Shown here: positions 8,967 to 18,685 of the stretch, one piece after another | How positions within the stretch are numbered: position 1 is the first letter of the stretch | How the letters are laid out: each line of letters begins with the position of its first letter | DNA from: an uncultured Chitinophaga sp. | GTDB lineage: Bacteria; Bacteroidota; Bacteroidia; Chitinophagales; LD1 | Direction: 5' to 3' | DNA length: 64,000 nt | Assembly (NCBI GenBank): GCA_964620645.1 | Contig: CAZUHU010000002.1 | Coordinates: forward strand, 781 to 64,780 | Position numbers and translations under genes: made by a program | The notes under the pieces: generated by a model | Told to the model about the DNA's origin: nothing | Databases searched by the model: none | Seen by the model: only the letters and a program-made list of their open reading frames with translations

Positions 8967-10193
8967 ATGAATAAATTACTTGCAGCAATCCTGTTTTTTA
9001 CTGTTAGTGCGGCCGCCGCCCAGGACAATATTTTGTTTAAAGCCTATGTGTTTGATAAGGACACCAAACAGCCATTGGAGTTAGCGGCCGCTCATATTAA
9101 GGGAACGCAATTAGGTGGTGTTACGGATAACTACGGGTATGTAGAGGTGCCGATGCCGAAGGTAAATCTTAAAGACTCTATATTATTTACCTATATAGGT
9201 TACGAACCCAGCGGAATATTAGTGCCGGGTTACGATAGTAAGGATACTGTGCGTATTTACCTGTCTTCAGGATCGGTGGTTACCAAAGAGGCCGTTATTA
9301 CTGCCTTAAACGCCAAAGGTGTTTTGATAAAGGCTATAGATAACATGAAGGCAAACCTGCTTACCGACTCAATGATAGCTACAGGCTTTTACAGGCAATA
9401 TCATGAAGAAAACGGAAAATATGTGCGCCTGATTGAAGCTGATGTAAGTGTGGCCTTTAATACAAAAAGTATTTATCAGTACTCCTTTCATGAAAGCCTT
9501 AAGGTAAATAAGGAACGCCGTAGTGAGAACTATGAAACCAATGGAGATGTGCACGGCGACCACCTGGTGGACCTGCTGAAAGAGAACCCATACAGTTACA
9601 ACAAAAACAACTTTTTGGATAAGAAGAAGCTGGACTTTTATTCTCCAAAGTTTGTAGAGGAAAATAACCTGGAGTATGTGATTAGCGTACAATACAAGGA
9701 AGCCAGCAGTGCCAAACTTGAGAACGCTAAGCTTTGGGTTGCTAAAGAAACGTATGCTATCACCAAAATAGAAGTGGAGAAGTTTCCTAACCCGTATTAT
9801 GTAAGAACCCGTTATGCTAATGACAGCCGATGGAAACTGGTTAACGAAACTGACGTTATACGTACGGAGATGGTGAACGGCAAGTATGTAGTAAGTTCAA
9901 TAGAACGTACATATAACCACCACGTTATAAATAAAACCACAGGCAACGTAGATTACGTGGTAGAGGAAAGCTTTGAAATTTATTTTCAGAATTATGATAC
10001 CGAGAATGTGGGTGCGAAGTTAAAGAATGGCTATGCCGCCTTTTCCGATCTATATACCACGAAGTACAAATACGATTCTAAGTTTTGGGATAACTATGAG
10101 CCGGTGAGCGACTATGAACTGGATGAGGATATAGTTAAGGACCTGGAACACGCCAAAAAACTGGACGCCCAGTTTGTGGAGGCCGGCAAGTAG
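8967..10193 (+). CDS. hypothetical exported protein with N-terminal carboxypeptidase-regulatory-like domain
   Basis: Signal peptide MNKLLAAILFFTVSAAAAQ. AAAHIKGTQLGGVTDNYGYVEVPMP is typical of CarboxypepD_reg-like beta-sandwiches. The rest is unassigned. Confidence 0.7.
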   Translation: MNKLLAAILFFTVSAAAAQDNILFKAYVFDKDTKQPLELAAAHIKGTQLGGVTDNYGYVEVPMPKVNLKDSILFTYIGYEPSGILVPGYDSKDTVRIYLSSGSVVTKEAVITALNAKGVLIKAIDNMKANLLTDSMIATGFYRQYHEENGKYVRLIEADVSVAFNTKSIYQYSFHESLKVNKERRSENYETNGDVHGDHLVDLLKENPYSYNKNNFLDKKKLDFYSPKFVEENNLEYVISVQYKEASSAKLENAKLWVAKETYAITKIEVEKFPNPYYVRTRYANDSRWKLVNETDVIRTEMVNGKYVVSSIERTYNHHVINKTTGNVDYVVEESFEIYFQNYDTENVGAKLKNGYAAFSDLYTTKYKYDSKFWDNYEPVSDYELDEDIVKDLEHAKKLDAQFVEAGK

Positions 10194-10214
10194 CCTAGTG
10201 GTTGCGTAGCAGAT

Positions 10215-10898
10215 TTAAACGAAGAAACTTTCAATCTCCGCTTGCAGTAACGCCTGCGGTACTTTATCAATAGGATGAAGAACCCCCTGGTACGTTTTGA
10301 AAGTGGAATTCTTCAAGAGGCGGTGTACATATTCTGTTTCTTCAGCAGTAACCATATTATCATTGTCGCCACGGGTAAGTAAAACCGTATTGCCAAGTTG
10401 AATAAAGTCCTGATTGGTTAAATGCGTGTGGGCCAGATCGCGCATAAGAGCGGCGGTTTTAGTCATTACACTTTTCCACTCATGCTCGCCATGTAGCTGC
10501 GCCAATGCTTGTGCGAAGGCCGGAACCTTCTCTACTATTTTTTCGGGGTTAAGCAGTTTTATTTCGCGTTCGGCTTCTTCCTCATTCCACTTCAATTTAG
10601 TGCCCAGGGTAAATATTCTGCCTATGCGGTCCGGATAAAAACGGGCCATCCATAAAGCTACATATCCCCCCATGCTGTAACCAAATACATCAATGGTCTT
10701 AATATAATTTTCGTTCATCCAGTCTAACACCTCATGGCAGAAGTTTTGGATGGTAAAAGCATGGTGATGTGAAGGGCGGCGGCCATGGCCGGAGAAGTTA
10801 AAGGTGTGAACCTTGAATTGAGTGCTGAGTGCGGTTTGTAAACCGTCAAACTGGTCCTTTGAACCAAGTGCGCCATGCAATAGCAGTATCTCCTTCAT
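10215..10898 (-). CDS. alpha/beta-fold hydrolase (esterase family)
   Basis: LLLHGALGS oxyanion region, nucleophile elbow GYSMGG, and a C-terminal His (GVLHPID). Confidence 0.8.
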   Translation of the reverse strand: MKEILLLHGALGSKDQFDGLQTALSTQFKVHTFNFSGHGRRPSHHHAFTIQNFCHEVLDWMNENYIKTIDVFGYSMGGYVALWMARFYPDRIGRIFTLGTKLKWNEEEAEREIKLLNPEKIVEKVPAFAQALAQLHGEHEWKSVMTKTAALMRDLAHTHLTNQDFIQLGNTVLLTRGDNDNMVTAEETEYVHRLLKNSTFKTYQGVLHPIDKVPQALLQAEIESFFV

Positions 10899-11028
10899 GT
10901 TACTAATATAGGGCGAAACTACTGGTTATTAAATCATTGGGGCACTGATGTTATTCAGGGGGCGTAACCGGGCTTTTTGTTTTAGTAATAATTTGGGCAT
11001 CTTAGAGTTATCTATATAAGTAGAGCGT

Positions 11029-11487
11029 ATGTTCCCCCTGACAACCAATACTTATCCTCAAAGCTTTTTGCGCGCACTATTTTGTGCCGGTTTAATGCTG
11101 TTTGCCGTTGCTGCTACTAATGCCCAGGTGCCCGACTATATCATGCAATCCTCTGATGGGGCTTTTGTGTTGGAGGTTTATCGTTCCGGCAACAGTGTAA
11201 AGGTGATGGTGCAGATGAGTGAGCCTGCAGAGTACAGTTATGTAACCATTGAACGCAGCCTTGACGACTTAAACAGTTTCAGCCAATGTAAATATTTTGT
11301 ACCGGCACAGGAAAAGACCTTGCATGGCGCTATTGTCAAGGATGATGTTTATGCAATAAGCAGTTCTAAGGATATGTATTACAGGATTAAGACTGTAAGC
11401 AAAGACGGCGTTAGCCGCACCTACCCACCGGTGCGTTTACCCGCTCCGGGCACTGAAGAGGAAACCGTGGCCCGTTTACCAAAATAA
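11029..11487 (+). CDS. hypothetical exported protein
   Basis: 152-aa ORF with a hydrophobic N-terminal segment ending ...AATNAQ. No known motif. Confidence 0.55.
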   Translation: MFPLTTNTYPQSFLRALFCAGLMLFAVAATNAQVPDYIMQSSDGAFVLEVYRSGNSVKVMVQMSEPAEYSYVTIERSLDDLNSFSQCKYFVPAQEKTLHGAIVKDDVYAISSSKDMYYRIKTVSKDGVSRTYPPVRLPAPGTEEETVARLPK

Positions 11488-11488
11488 G

Positions 11489-14116
11489 TTAGTGGGCAGC
11501 TTTGTCCTGTTCCGCTTTTTGGGCCAGGTGGTCCACCCCTTCTTTTACCGCAGAGATGATAGTGTCGTATTCTGCTATTTTTTCCTGCAGGTTTAGTTTG
11601 GCCGTTTGTCCTTCTTCTTTAGAGAGGTCAGCCTGCGCGCGTTTCTTCTTCTCTTCAAACGATTTTGCAATGCGCTTTAAAGAGCCCTTAGCAGCGGCCT
11701 GCATATAGTGGCCCTCCAGTTTTAAACCGAGCTCCTCAATACTTTTTGCGCCTTTAAGCACAACGTTCTTATCCATACGGGTAAGAAAATTGGCATAATA
11801 GTAAAACATATAGTATTGGGTAAAGCCATCGGTGGTTCTCAGTTTATCTTCAAAGTAATCCTGGTAGCCGGCATCACCTTCGCGTGCATAAACATCGGCC
11901 ACTGCGGTTTGCATGTCCATTGTTTTGTTGTTTTCAAACTGCTTAGCGTAAGTCATTGCCTTTTTAGAGTCCTGCTCATTTAAGGCCTTAAGGGCCGCAG
12001 CTACTACCAGGTAGGAACTATCGCCCACGGCAGTTTCGAAAAGCGCTACATATTTAGAGGCCGCGGTGCTTTTGCTAAGTCTTTCGATAGCCGCTGTGCG
12101 TACTTCGCTTTGCTTATCGTTACGTGCAAGACCTTCGATGGTGGAAAGCAGTGCGTCTTTATCGTTGCCGGAAAGATCAACCTCTTCCACCGCAATTTTG
12201 CGCAGGTAGAAGAAAGAATCGTTCAACGCCATTGCAACCGCTTCTTTGGCAGACGGAAAGGTTTTTTGTGTATCAACCAAGGCAACAAGGGCTTCGTAAC
12301 GCTGCAGGAATGAAGGGGCATTTTTGTATTGGAAGGCATAATTATCAATGGACTTATTCTCTGTTTTTTCGCAAAGCACCACGCGGTTAGCATCCGCGTC
12401 AATTAACAGAGGTGTTCCGGTTGTTTTGAAAGAAAACTTCTGTTCTTTTTTAGTCAACTGAATATCATAGGTGCTCTTGTATTTACCACCTGTAGATGCC
12501 CCGGCATACCAAACATCAACTTTCATAGGCAATACATACACCTGGCCTTTCTCAACATTGTGTTTCTGGCTGATGGTTACATAGGCACTATCAGCATCGT
12601 AACTGTACTTTATATCCAGTATAGGATGGCCGGAGGAAAGAAACCACTCGTTAAAAAACCAGTTCATATCGCGGCCGGTTACTTCTTCAAAAGCGAGGCG
12701 TAGTTGGTGTATCTCTACATTCTTGAACTGGTTGGTTTTTAGGTAAAGCTCAAGGGATTTAAAGAAAGCCTCATCGCCAACAATGTTTCGCAGATAGTGG
12801 AGCAGCAGGCCGCCTTTTTCGTAACTGTGACGGTCAAACATGTCTTCGCGGTCGTTATAATAAAAACGGATGAGGTCCACGTTTTTGTCCGCAGACTCTT
12901 CCATGTACTTTTCGTAGTTGTCCCACAGCTTGTAGTCGGCATATGTTTTACCGTATTTATGTTCGTTCCACAGGTACTCGCCATAAGTGGCAAATGATTC
13001 GTTAAGTGGAATGTTACTCCAGCTTTCTGTAGTAACCAGGTCGCCAAACCATTGGTGGAACAATTCATGCGACACTACATCTTCGTAGGTTTCATCCAGG
13101 CGTTCGCGCGAGTCGCGTTGAATAAAATCGCCGTGCAGGGTTGCGGTAGTGTTTTCCATTGCACCACTTACGTAATCGCGAACAATTATCTGCGAGTATT
13201 TAGGCCATGGGTAATCGAAACCCAGTTTTTGCGAGAAGAACTCAATCATTTCAGGCGTGTTACCGAAAATACCCTGGGCATCGTTGGTGTATTTCTTCTC
13301 TACGTAATAATCTACCGGAATTTCGCGCCAACGGTCCTGCACAATAGCAAATTCGCCAACGGCCATCATTACCAGGTAGGGGGCGTGCGGCAAATCCATC
13401 TTCCAATAATCGGTTACAGTTCCGTTGCCATTATCAGTGCTTTGCACTAAAATGCCGTTGCTTAGAGAAACGTACTTTTTATCGTGCGTGATGTAAATCT
13501 CGTCCGTCATTTTCTGATCGGGCTTATCAATTGTGGGGAACCAACATGAGTTAGATTCGGTTTCCCCCTGTGTCCAAATCTGTATAGGCTTGGTTGAATC
13601 TTTACCTAAAGGGTTTATAAAATATAAGCCTTTGTCGCTGTTAATGGCCGCACTGCCGCCTGTTCTTCTTTCTTCAGGTTTGGCGGTATAATCTATATAC
13701 ACAGTAAGTTTTTCAGCGGCTTTGTATTCGCGGTCTAACTGAATTTTAAGCTGGAGCGAATCGTACGTATAGGTGAGTGGAACATAGGTGTTATCAGCTT
13801 TTACAAGGCTTACGGTGCGTATATCAAATTGCTTGGCATCAAGCACCAGGGTGCTTTGCGGGTAGAAATGCGGCCGAAGGGTGATAAGCGCTTTACCAAA
13901 CAGGTACTGCTTTTCATAATCAAAGGATACTTTGAGGTTAGTGTGTATCAGATCAAAATCTTTAGTAGCGGAAGCGCGGTAAGGGTTCTCTCGCGATACG
14001 GTTACCGTAACGGTATCCAGGTTAACGCTAACACCATCTTTATTAAGTTTCTTGGTAGATGAACAGGAGGAAGCCATTGCAACAAGGGCAATAGCTACTA
14101 AAATACGTTGGAACAT
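11489..14116 (-). CDS. M1-family zinc aminopeptidase (aminopeptidase N-like) with C-terminal HEAT-like repeats
   Basis: GAMEN exopeptidase motif (SGAMENTT) and HELFHQWFGDLVT...NESFATY (HExxH-18-E). Lipoprotein-like N-terminus ...ASSCSS. Confidence 0.92.
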   Translation of the reverse strand: MFQRILVAIALVAMASSCSSTKKLNKDGVSVNLDTVTVTVSRENPYRASATKDFDLIHTNLKVSFDYEKQYLFGKALITLRPHFYPQSTLVLDAKQFDIRTVSLVKADNTYVPLTYTYDSLQLKIQLDREYKAAEKLTVYIDYTAKPEERRTGGSAAINSDKGLYFINPLGKDSTKPIQIWTQGETESNSCWFPTIDKPDQKMTDEIYITHDKKYVSLSNGILVQSTDNGNGTVTDYWKMDLPHAPYLVMMAVGEFAIVQDRWREIPVDYYVEKKYTNDAQGIFGNTPEMIEFFSQKLGFDYPWPKYSQIIVRDYVSGAMENTTATLHGDFIQRDSRERLDETYEDVVSHELFHQWFGDLVTTESWSNIPLNESFATYGEYLWNEHKYGKTYADYKLWDNYEKYMEESADKNVDLIRFYYNDREDMFDRHSYEKGGLLLHYLRNIVGDEAFFKSLELYLKTNQFKNVEIHQLRLAFEEVTGRDMNWFFNEWFLSSGHPILDIKYSYDADSAYVTISQKHNVEKGQVYVLPMKVDVWYAGASTGGKYKSTYDIQLTKKEQKFSFKTTGTPLLIDADANRVVLCEKTENKSIDNYAFQYKNAPSFLQRYEALVALVDTQKTFPSAKEAVAMALNDSFFYLRKIAVEEVDLSGNDKDALLSTIEGLARNDKQSEVRTAAIERLSKSTAASKYVALFETAVGDSSYLVVAAALKALNEQDSKKAMTYAKQFENNKTMDMQTAVADVYAREGDAGYQDYFEDKLRTTDGFTQYYMFYYYANFLTRMDKNVVLKGAKSIEELGLKLEGHYMQAAAKGSLKRIAKSFEEKKKRAQADLSKEEGQTAKLNLQEKIAEYDTIISAVKEGVDHLAQKAEQDKAAH

Positions 14117-14260
14117 TTGATGAATTTAAAAGGGCGGTAAAGGTAATAAACAGCCGCTATGTAAGTGGTTACGCTTATGGATTGTTTATTAAGGGCTGTT
14201 AAATGCAAGCTTATTTTACAAATAGATGACAGACTGGTAAAACTTACCACGGGCAACACC

Positions 14261-14313
14261 TATAAAAAGCAAAACTTCTTTCGTATACCTTTTACAGGGA
14301 GGCGAAAGAAGTT
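14261..14313 (-). terminator. terminator-like hairpin after the CocE/NonD gene
   Basis: On the minus strand: perfect 11-bp stem aacttctttcg / cgaaagaagtt (14273-14283 / 14303-14313), 19-nt loop, then ttgcttttta. Confidence 0.6.
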
Positions 14314-14332
14314 TAAAGACTATAAAACGGCA

Positions 14333-16219
14333 TTATTTTACGAAAGGCAACTCTATGTATGCCGGTGAATCAGGTAAAATGCTGAACGTGAAATTTTCCG
14401 GTTTTTCCTGAGGGAAATCGAAATGGCCGGCATCTGCACCGGCAAAGGAGATGCGGATATGGTGACCCTCACCAAACAGGTACGAAATAGGCAGCAGGTC
14501 AAATTCCATTTCTATCACATCTCCTTTGGTATAAGGTAAATTATCAGCCTGCAGGTAACTGTGGTCGGGGTAAGCTGTTTTATATACCCGGTCATCGGCC
14601 ACTTTACGGCTACAGGCGCGCAGCATTCCCTCTGTAACGTAGGTCACCGAGCTATCGGGGCCAACATCTTCCAGGTAACAAAACAGGGTGGCATCGGCTG
14701 CATCGGCACTAAAGTTTACATGTATTACAGGGTGCCCTGTAATTTCAGTGGCGGTGCTAAGCGGTGGTGAGTTAAAGCTCAAGAGATTGGCATCCTGCTG
14801 GCGGCGGTCTTCATAATGCGTGGGGCCGTTCATATATAAAGTGGTAACACTGTTCCAACGCGATGTTTTGCCGCTGGTGGCGGCGTAGCTAACCTTGTAG
14901 TTAAGTGTGCCGCTTTGCTGTTGAGCTGCGCTTGCCACTAAGGAATTATCGGATGAGAGGTAAAGGCGGGTTGCTTCTGTTTGCTTGGGCGGCCATGTGT
15001 TGCTTCTCTCCCACTTCTCTTTGCCCACAGTGTAATAGGTAATGGCCGGCTCTGCATCAATACCATTGGCAATGCCCTTAAGGTGGTAATCGAAAAAACG
15101 TAGCATTTCTGAGAGCACATCTAGGTTAACTTCATTGCTTGCAGCAAAGGGGCTAACGTTATACTGTGGGCCGTGGTCCCATGGGCCGATGAGCACTTTT
15201 TCAGTATTGGATGTATTGAGGAAACCATCAGTACACGAACGAGCAAGGGCGCCATCATACCAACCACCAATACGATAGATGGGTGTACCTGAGGCTTCAA
15301 TTTTATCGCGATAGTGGTGGATGCTGAAGTTATCGGGCGCAGCGCCAAGGGTGGTATTTAAATCATCGCGGTAGCGCACGGTTTTTAAACCACTGAACAC
15401 GTCAAAGTTCTTTTTATGGTGCATTAAGGCCAGCTTAAGTAGTGCCTTTTGCCTATCGCCCTTAACCGGTTGGGTGCCGGATAACATCCTCCATTTTTTA
15501 GTGAGCGGCTGAAAGTTATTGTTATCCAGGCAGCGGGTGGTTAACCCCCACACATCTACAAAAGGCCCCTGGCAAACGCCACCGGGGTACAGTATATCAT
15601 TGTACAAATCAAAGATGTTGGAACGCGGTATGCAGGCCTTAACGTTCGGGTGTTGATTTACCAGCAACATTTCGGCGGTAGTACCAAGGTACGATACACC
15701 CGTAACACCAATGTTGCCATCGCACCAGGTGCGGCTTACCAGCCAGTCCACAATTTCTTTACCGTCCGCAATTTCTTCCGGGCTAAACTCCATACGGCGC
15801 GTGCCGGTTGAGGCGCCCGTACCCCGAACATCCACTATTACACAGGCATAACCGTGCGAGGTAAAGAACTCCACCTCTTTTTCCTTAACCACAGTTAGAA
15901 TAGGATTTTTGAGAATGCTTAAAGGGAATTTTGCTTTTACGGAACGCACATAGCGCGTGAGGTAAAGTACGGCGGGTACCTTTTTGCCCTTCTCTAAGTT
16001 TTTGGGAAGAAACACATCTGCCGCCAGCAGAATGCTATCGTGCATGGGGATGTAGTAGGAGTTGTAATCGAAGCCGCGGTAGGCCGCCGTAGAATACCCT
16101 TTGTAAACGCCTACGTCGCTTACTTTAACAGGGGCTGAGCTTTTGTTCTTGTTTTTATCGCCGGCAAAGGCGGGCAGCAGGCATAGCAATGCCTGCAGAA
16201 AAAGTAGAATTTTTTTCAT
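14333..16219 (-). CDS. CocE/NonD-family (S15, X-Pro dipeptidyl-peptidase-like) serine hydrolase
   Basis: ORF track runs to 16273. I prefer ATG at 16219 (MKKILLFLQALLCLLPAFA signal). Nucleophile motif GVSYLG. Long C-terminal beta-sandwich region typical of the family. Confidence 0.85.
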   Translation of the reverse strand: MKKILLFLQALLCLLPAFAGDKNKNKSSAPVKVSDVGVYKGYSTAAYRGFDYNSYYIPMHDSILLAADVFLPKNLEKGKKVPAVLYLTRYVRSVKAKFPLSILKNPILTVVKEKEVEFFTSHGYACVIVDVRGTGASTGTRRMEFSPEEIADGKEIVDWLVSRTWCDGNIGVTGVSYLGTTAEMLLVNQHPNVKACIPRSNIFDLYNDILYPGGVCQGPFVDVWGLTTRCLDNNNFQPLTKKWRMLSGTQPVKGDRQKALLKLALMHHKKNFDVFSGLKTVRYRDDLNTTLGAAPDNFSIHHYRDKIEASGTPIYRIGGWYDGALARSCTDGFLNTSNTEKVLIGPWDHGPQYNVSPFAASNEVNLDVLSEMLRFFDYHLKGIANGIDAEPAITYYTVGKEKWERSNTWPPKQTEATRLYLSSDNSLVASAAQQQSGTLNYKVSYAATSGKTSRWNSVTTLYMNGPTHYEDRRQQDANLLSFNSPPLSTATEITGHPVIHVNFSADAADATLFCYLEDVGPDSSVTYVTEGMLRACSRKVADDRVYKTAYPDHSYLQADNLPYTKGDVIEMEFDLLPISYLFGEGHHIRISFAGADAGHFDFPQEKPENFTFSILPDSPAYIELPFVK

Positions 16220-16290
16220 GTGGGCAAGATTGGCCCGGGCCCACCCTCCTGTAAAGGAGAGCGGGTCAGGCAATTATTTAAATAGGGGAA

Positions 16291-16791
16291 TTATTGCATT
16301 TGGATAACGAGCGGATTGAAGGGGTCATCGCTCATTTGATACTTAACCGTAGCGCTGCTTTTTTCATCGCTGCCCTCGGGTTGAAGGTAAACGTCAACAT
16401 CTACATAGTTGGCAGATTTTTCAACGCTTTTAACCACGTAACGCTTATAGCCGGAAATCTTGAAGATAACACGAACCGGTTCGCCCAACTCAGCTTTGTT
16501 AAGCGCAAGTGCATAGTTGCCCTTATCGTCGATAGAGGCCTTTAGCAATTCATCGCCAAACTTATCGAAGTTGATTTTGGCGTTAGTGATAGGCTTACCC
16601 GTTGAAGCATCATAAATTTTTCCTGTTACCACCAACACATTGGGGTTAGTAACAGCCGAGTTAGCTACTGCCTGCGGACCGGCAGTAAGAGTGTTTTCTC
16701 CTGTTTTCTGTGTGCTTTGAGCGGAAAGATTTCCACACACAAGGGCGAACAGGAAGCCCAAGCCCATAGTAAGCGCAAGTTTAAGTTTCAT
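16291..16791 (-). CDS. hypothetical exported protein with carboxypeptidase-regulatory-like fold
   Basis: Signal peptide MKLKLALTMGLGFLFALVCGNLSAQ. VTGKIYDASTGKPITNAKINFDKFG...DDKGNYALAL. Confidence 0.65.
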   Translation of the reverse strand: MKLKLALTMGLGFLFALVCGNLSAQSTQKTGENTLTAGPQAVANSAVTNPNVLVVTGKIYDASTGKPITNAKINFDKFGDELLKASIDDKGNYALALNKAELGEPVRVIFKISGYKRYVVKSVEKSANYVDVDVYLQPEGSDEKSSATVKYQMSDDPFNPLVIQMQ

Positions 16792-17054
16792 GGCCGACCT
16801 CCTTTATTATTGAATTGTTTAAAAATATTGATTATGAACCTATTATATTGAAAATGGGCTGTCCAAACCATTTTCATCCGCTGCACGCGAAAATCCAGAT
16901 CGAGCGAATTTTCGCAACAAATATACAATAAGGAAAACGAATGTTTGTGGAAAAAATTGTAGAAAAGGCATAAAAAGTGTAAAAAAAGCCGCTGAAGCGT
17001 ACCTACAAAGGGTTGAAGTGAAGGAGGGCGTTAACGCTACAACCTTTACAGCCG

Positions 17055-17987
17055 CTAGGTAAACTGCTCTAACAACTGAATGCGCTTTTCAATAGGCGGA
17101 TGCGTAGCAAAAAGATTGCTGATGGAAAAACCGCTTTCCTTAACCTTGGGATGTTCTATAAACAACTGGGCAACATCGCGGTTTTCTACTGCTTCTATAA
17201 AAGGGTCGGCCTGAATTTTACGGAGCGCGCTGGCAAGCGCTTGAGGGTTTTTGGTCATTTGCGCTGAGCCGGCATCGGCCATATATTCCCTGTTACGGGA
17301 AATACCAAAGCGCAGCAGCGTTGCCAAAAAATAAGCAAGTGCGGTAACAAGTATAATGGCTAATATCATTACCAGGCGGGCGCGGCCGTCTTTACTGCTG
17401 CTTCCCCGGCCGCTAAACCTAAGGCTGCGCAATGCCACCTCGCTGATAAAAGAGAAAATGCCTACGAAAATGATGGTGATAATAAGCAGGCGCACATCGC
17501 GGTTTATAATGTGCGTTAGCTCATGGGCAATAACAGCTTCCAGTTCCGCATCGTCTAACTTATTGATTATGCCCCTTGAGAGTGTAACAGAGAAGGTGCG
17601 CTCATCAATACCGCTGGCAAAGGCGTTTAGGGAGTCATCTTCAATTACGTACACCTTGGGCATTTTCATGCCTTGCGAAATGCAAAGATTCTCAACCAGG
17701 TTGTAAACACGCTTATTCTCGGCGCGCTCCAAAGGTTTAGCACCGGTAGCGGCCATTATTATACGGTTATGAAAGAAGTAAGCAATAAGGAACCACAGGC
17801 CCGTACCGGCAAAAGTGGCAACGAAGATGTAGGGGAAGTTTTCATTTGCCCGCCCATTGTTATAACCGGCCGTTAAATAGGCAATAGCATAGATGGTTAC
17901 ACCCAGCAACACAGGAAAAAGCACTAATTGCAGGGTGGAGTAAAAGTTGTTTCTCCTGATTTGCGTATGGATGCCTACGTATTCCAA
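17055..17987 (-). CDS. M48-family zinc metalloprotease, HtpX-like, membrane-bound
   Basis: HELTHIINRD (HExxH). Two N-terminal and two central TM segments. Sits immediately downstream of a LemA gene. Confidence 0.88.
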   Translation of the reverse strand: MEYVGIHTQIRRNNFYSTLQLVLFPVLLGVTIYAIAYLTAGYNNGRANENFPYIFVATFAGTGLWFLIAYFFHNRIIMAATGAKPLERAENKRVYNLVENLCISQGMKMPKVYVIEDDSLNAFASGIDERTFSVTLSRGIINKLDDAELEAVIAHELTHIINRDVRLLIITIIFVGIFSFISEVALRSLRFSGRGSSSKDGRARLVMILAIILVTALAYFLATLLRFGISRNREYMADAGSAQMTKNPQALASALRKIQADPFIEAVENRDVAQLFIEHPKVKESGFSISNLFATHPPIEKRIQLLEQFT

Positions 17988-18005
17988 AACCGTATGTATT
18001 TAAGC

Positions 18006-18575
18006 TTACTGGTTGAAGGAAATTTTTGGAGGCTCTTCCATTTTGGCGCGGTTCTCAGTTCCTAAATCATACATGGCGGCGCGGGTAAAACCGAAAGAGC
18101 CGGCGATAAGATTACCCGGGAAAGACTCTACCGCATTGTTGAGTTCCTTAGTGGCCCCGTTAAAGTAGCGGCGGGCGGCAGCCAACTTGTTTTCGATGTC
18201 GGAGATTTCTTCCTGCAACTGCAGGAAGTTAGTGTTGGCCTTAAGATCAGGATAGGCTTCGGCAGTAATACGCAGGCCCTGCAGGGCAGATGTAAGCGCA
18301 TTATCGGCCTGTACTTTTTGATCGATAGTAGTGGCGCTGGCTAAACCTGCGCGGGCTCTAACCACGCGCTCCAGCACATCTTTTTCGTGGAAGGAATAGC
18401 CCTTAACCGTTTCAACCAACTGCGGAATTAAATCGCTGCGCTGTTTTAGCTGCACATCAATATCTGCAAAAGCGTTTTCGCGGTTATTGCGCATGCGCAC
18501 CAGGCCGTTGTATGCGCCAATAACCCAAAAGGCAATAAGCACAACAACTACTAATACAATTACTAAAGCTATCAT
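18006..18575 (-). CDS. lemA: LemA family protein
   Basis: N-terminal TM helix, then YNGLVRMRNNRENAFADIDVQLKQRSDLIPQLV...RRYFNGATKELNNAVESFPGNLIA, the characteristic LemA pattern. Confidence 0.88.
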   Translation of the reverse strand: MIALVIVLVVVVLIAFWVIGAYNGLVRMRNNRENAFADIDVQLKQRSDLIPQLVETVKGYSFHEKDVLERVVRARAGLASATTIDQKVQADNALTSALQGLRITAEAYPDLKANTNFLQLQEEISDIENKLAAARRYFNGATKELNNAVESFPGNLIAGSFGFTRAAMYDLGTENRAKMEEPPKISFNQ

Positions 18576-18685
18576 GGATTCAAATTTTGGTTGAAGCTAA
18601 AAAAATTGAATGAGTTGCGTAAAACCAAATAAAAACCTGCGCCCCGCTTACCACCTAATAAGCAGAGCGCAGGTGAAAAATAAGT

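Noticed and set aside
14165-14368. 67-aa ORF in the 14117-14332 intergenic region
   Set aside because: It overlaps the terminator hairpin and the 3' end of the CocE/NonD gene. It uses a GTG start, is highly basic and has no motif.
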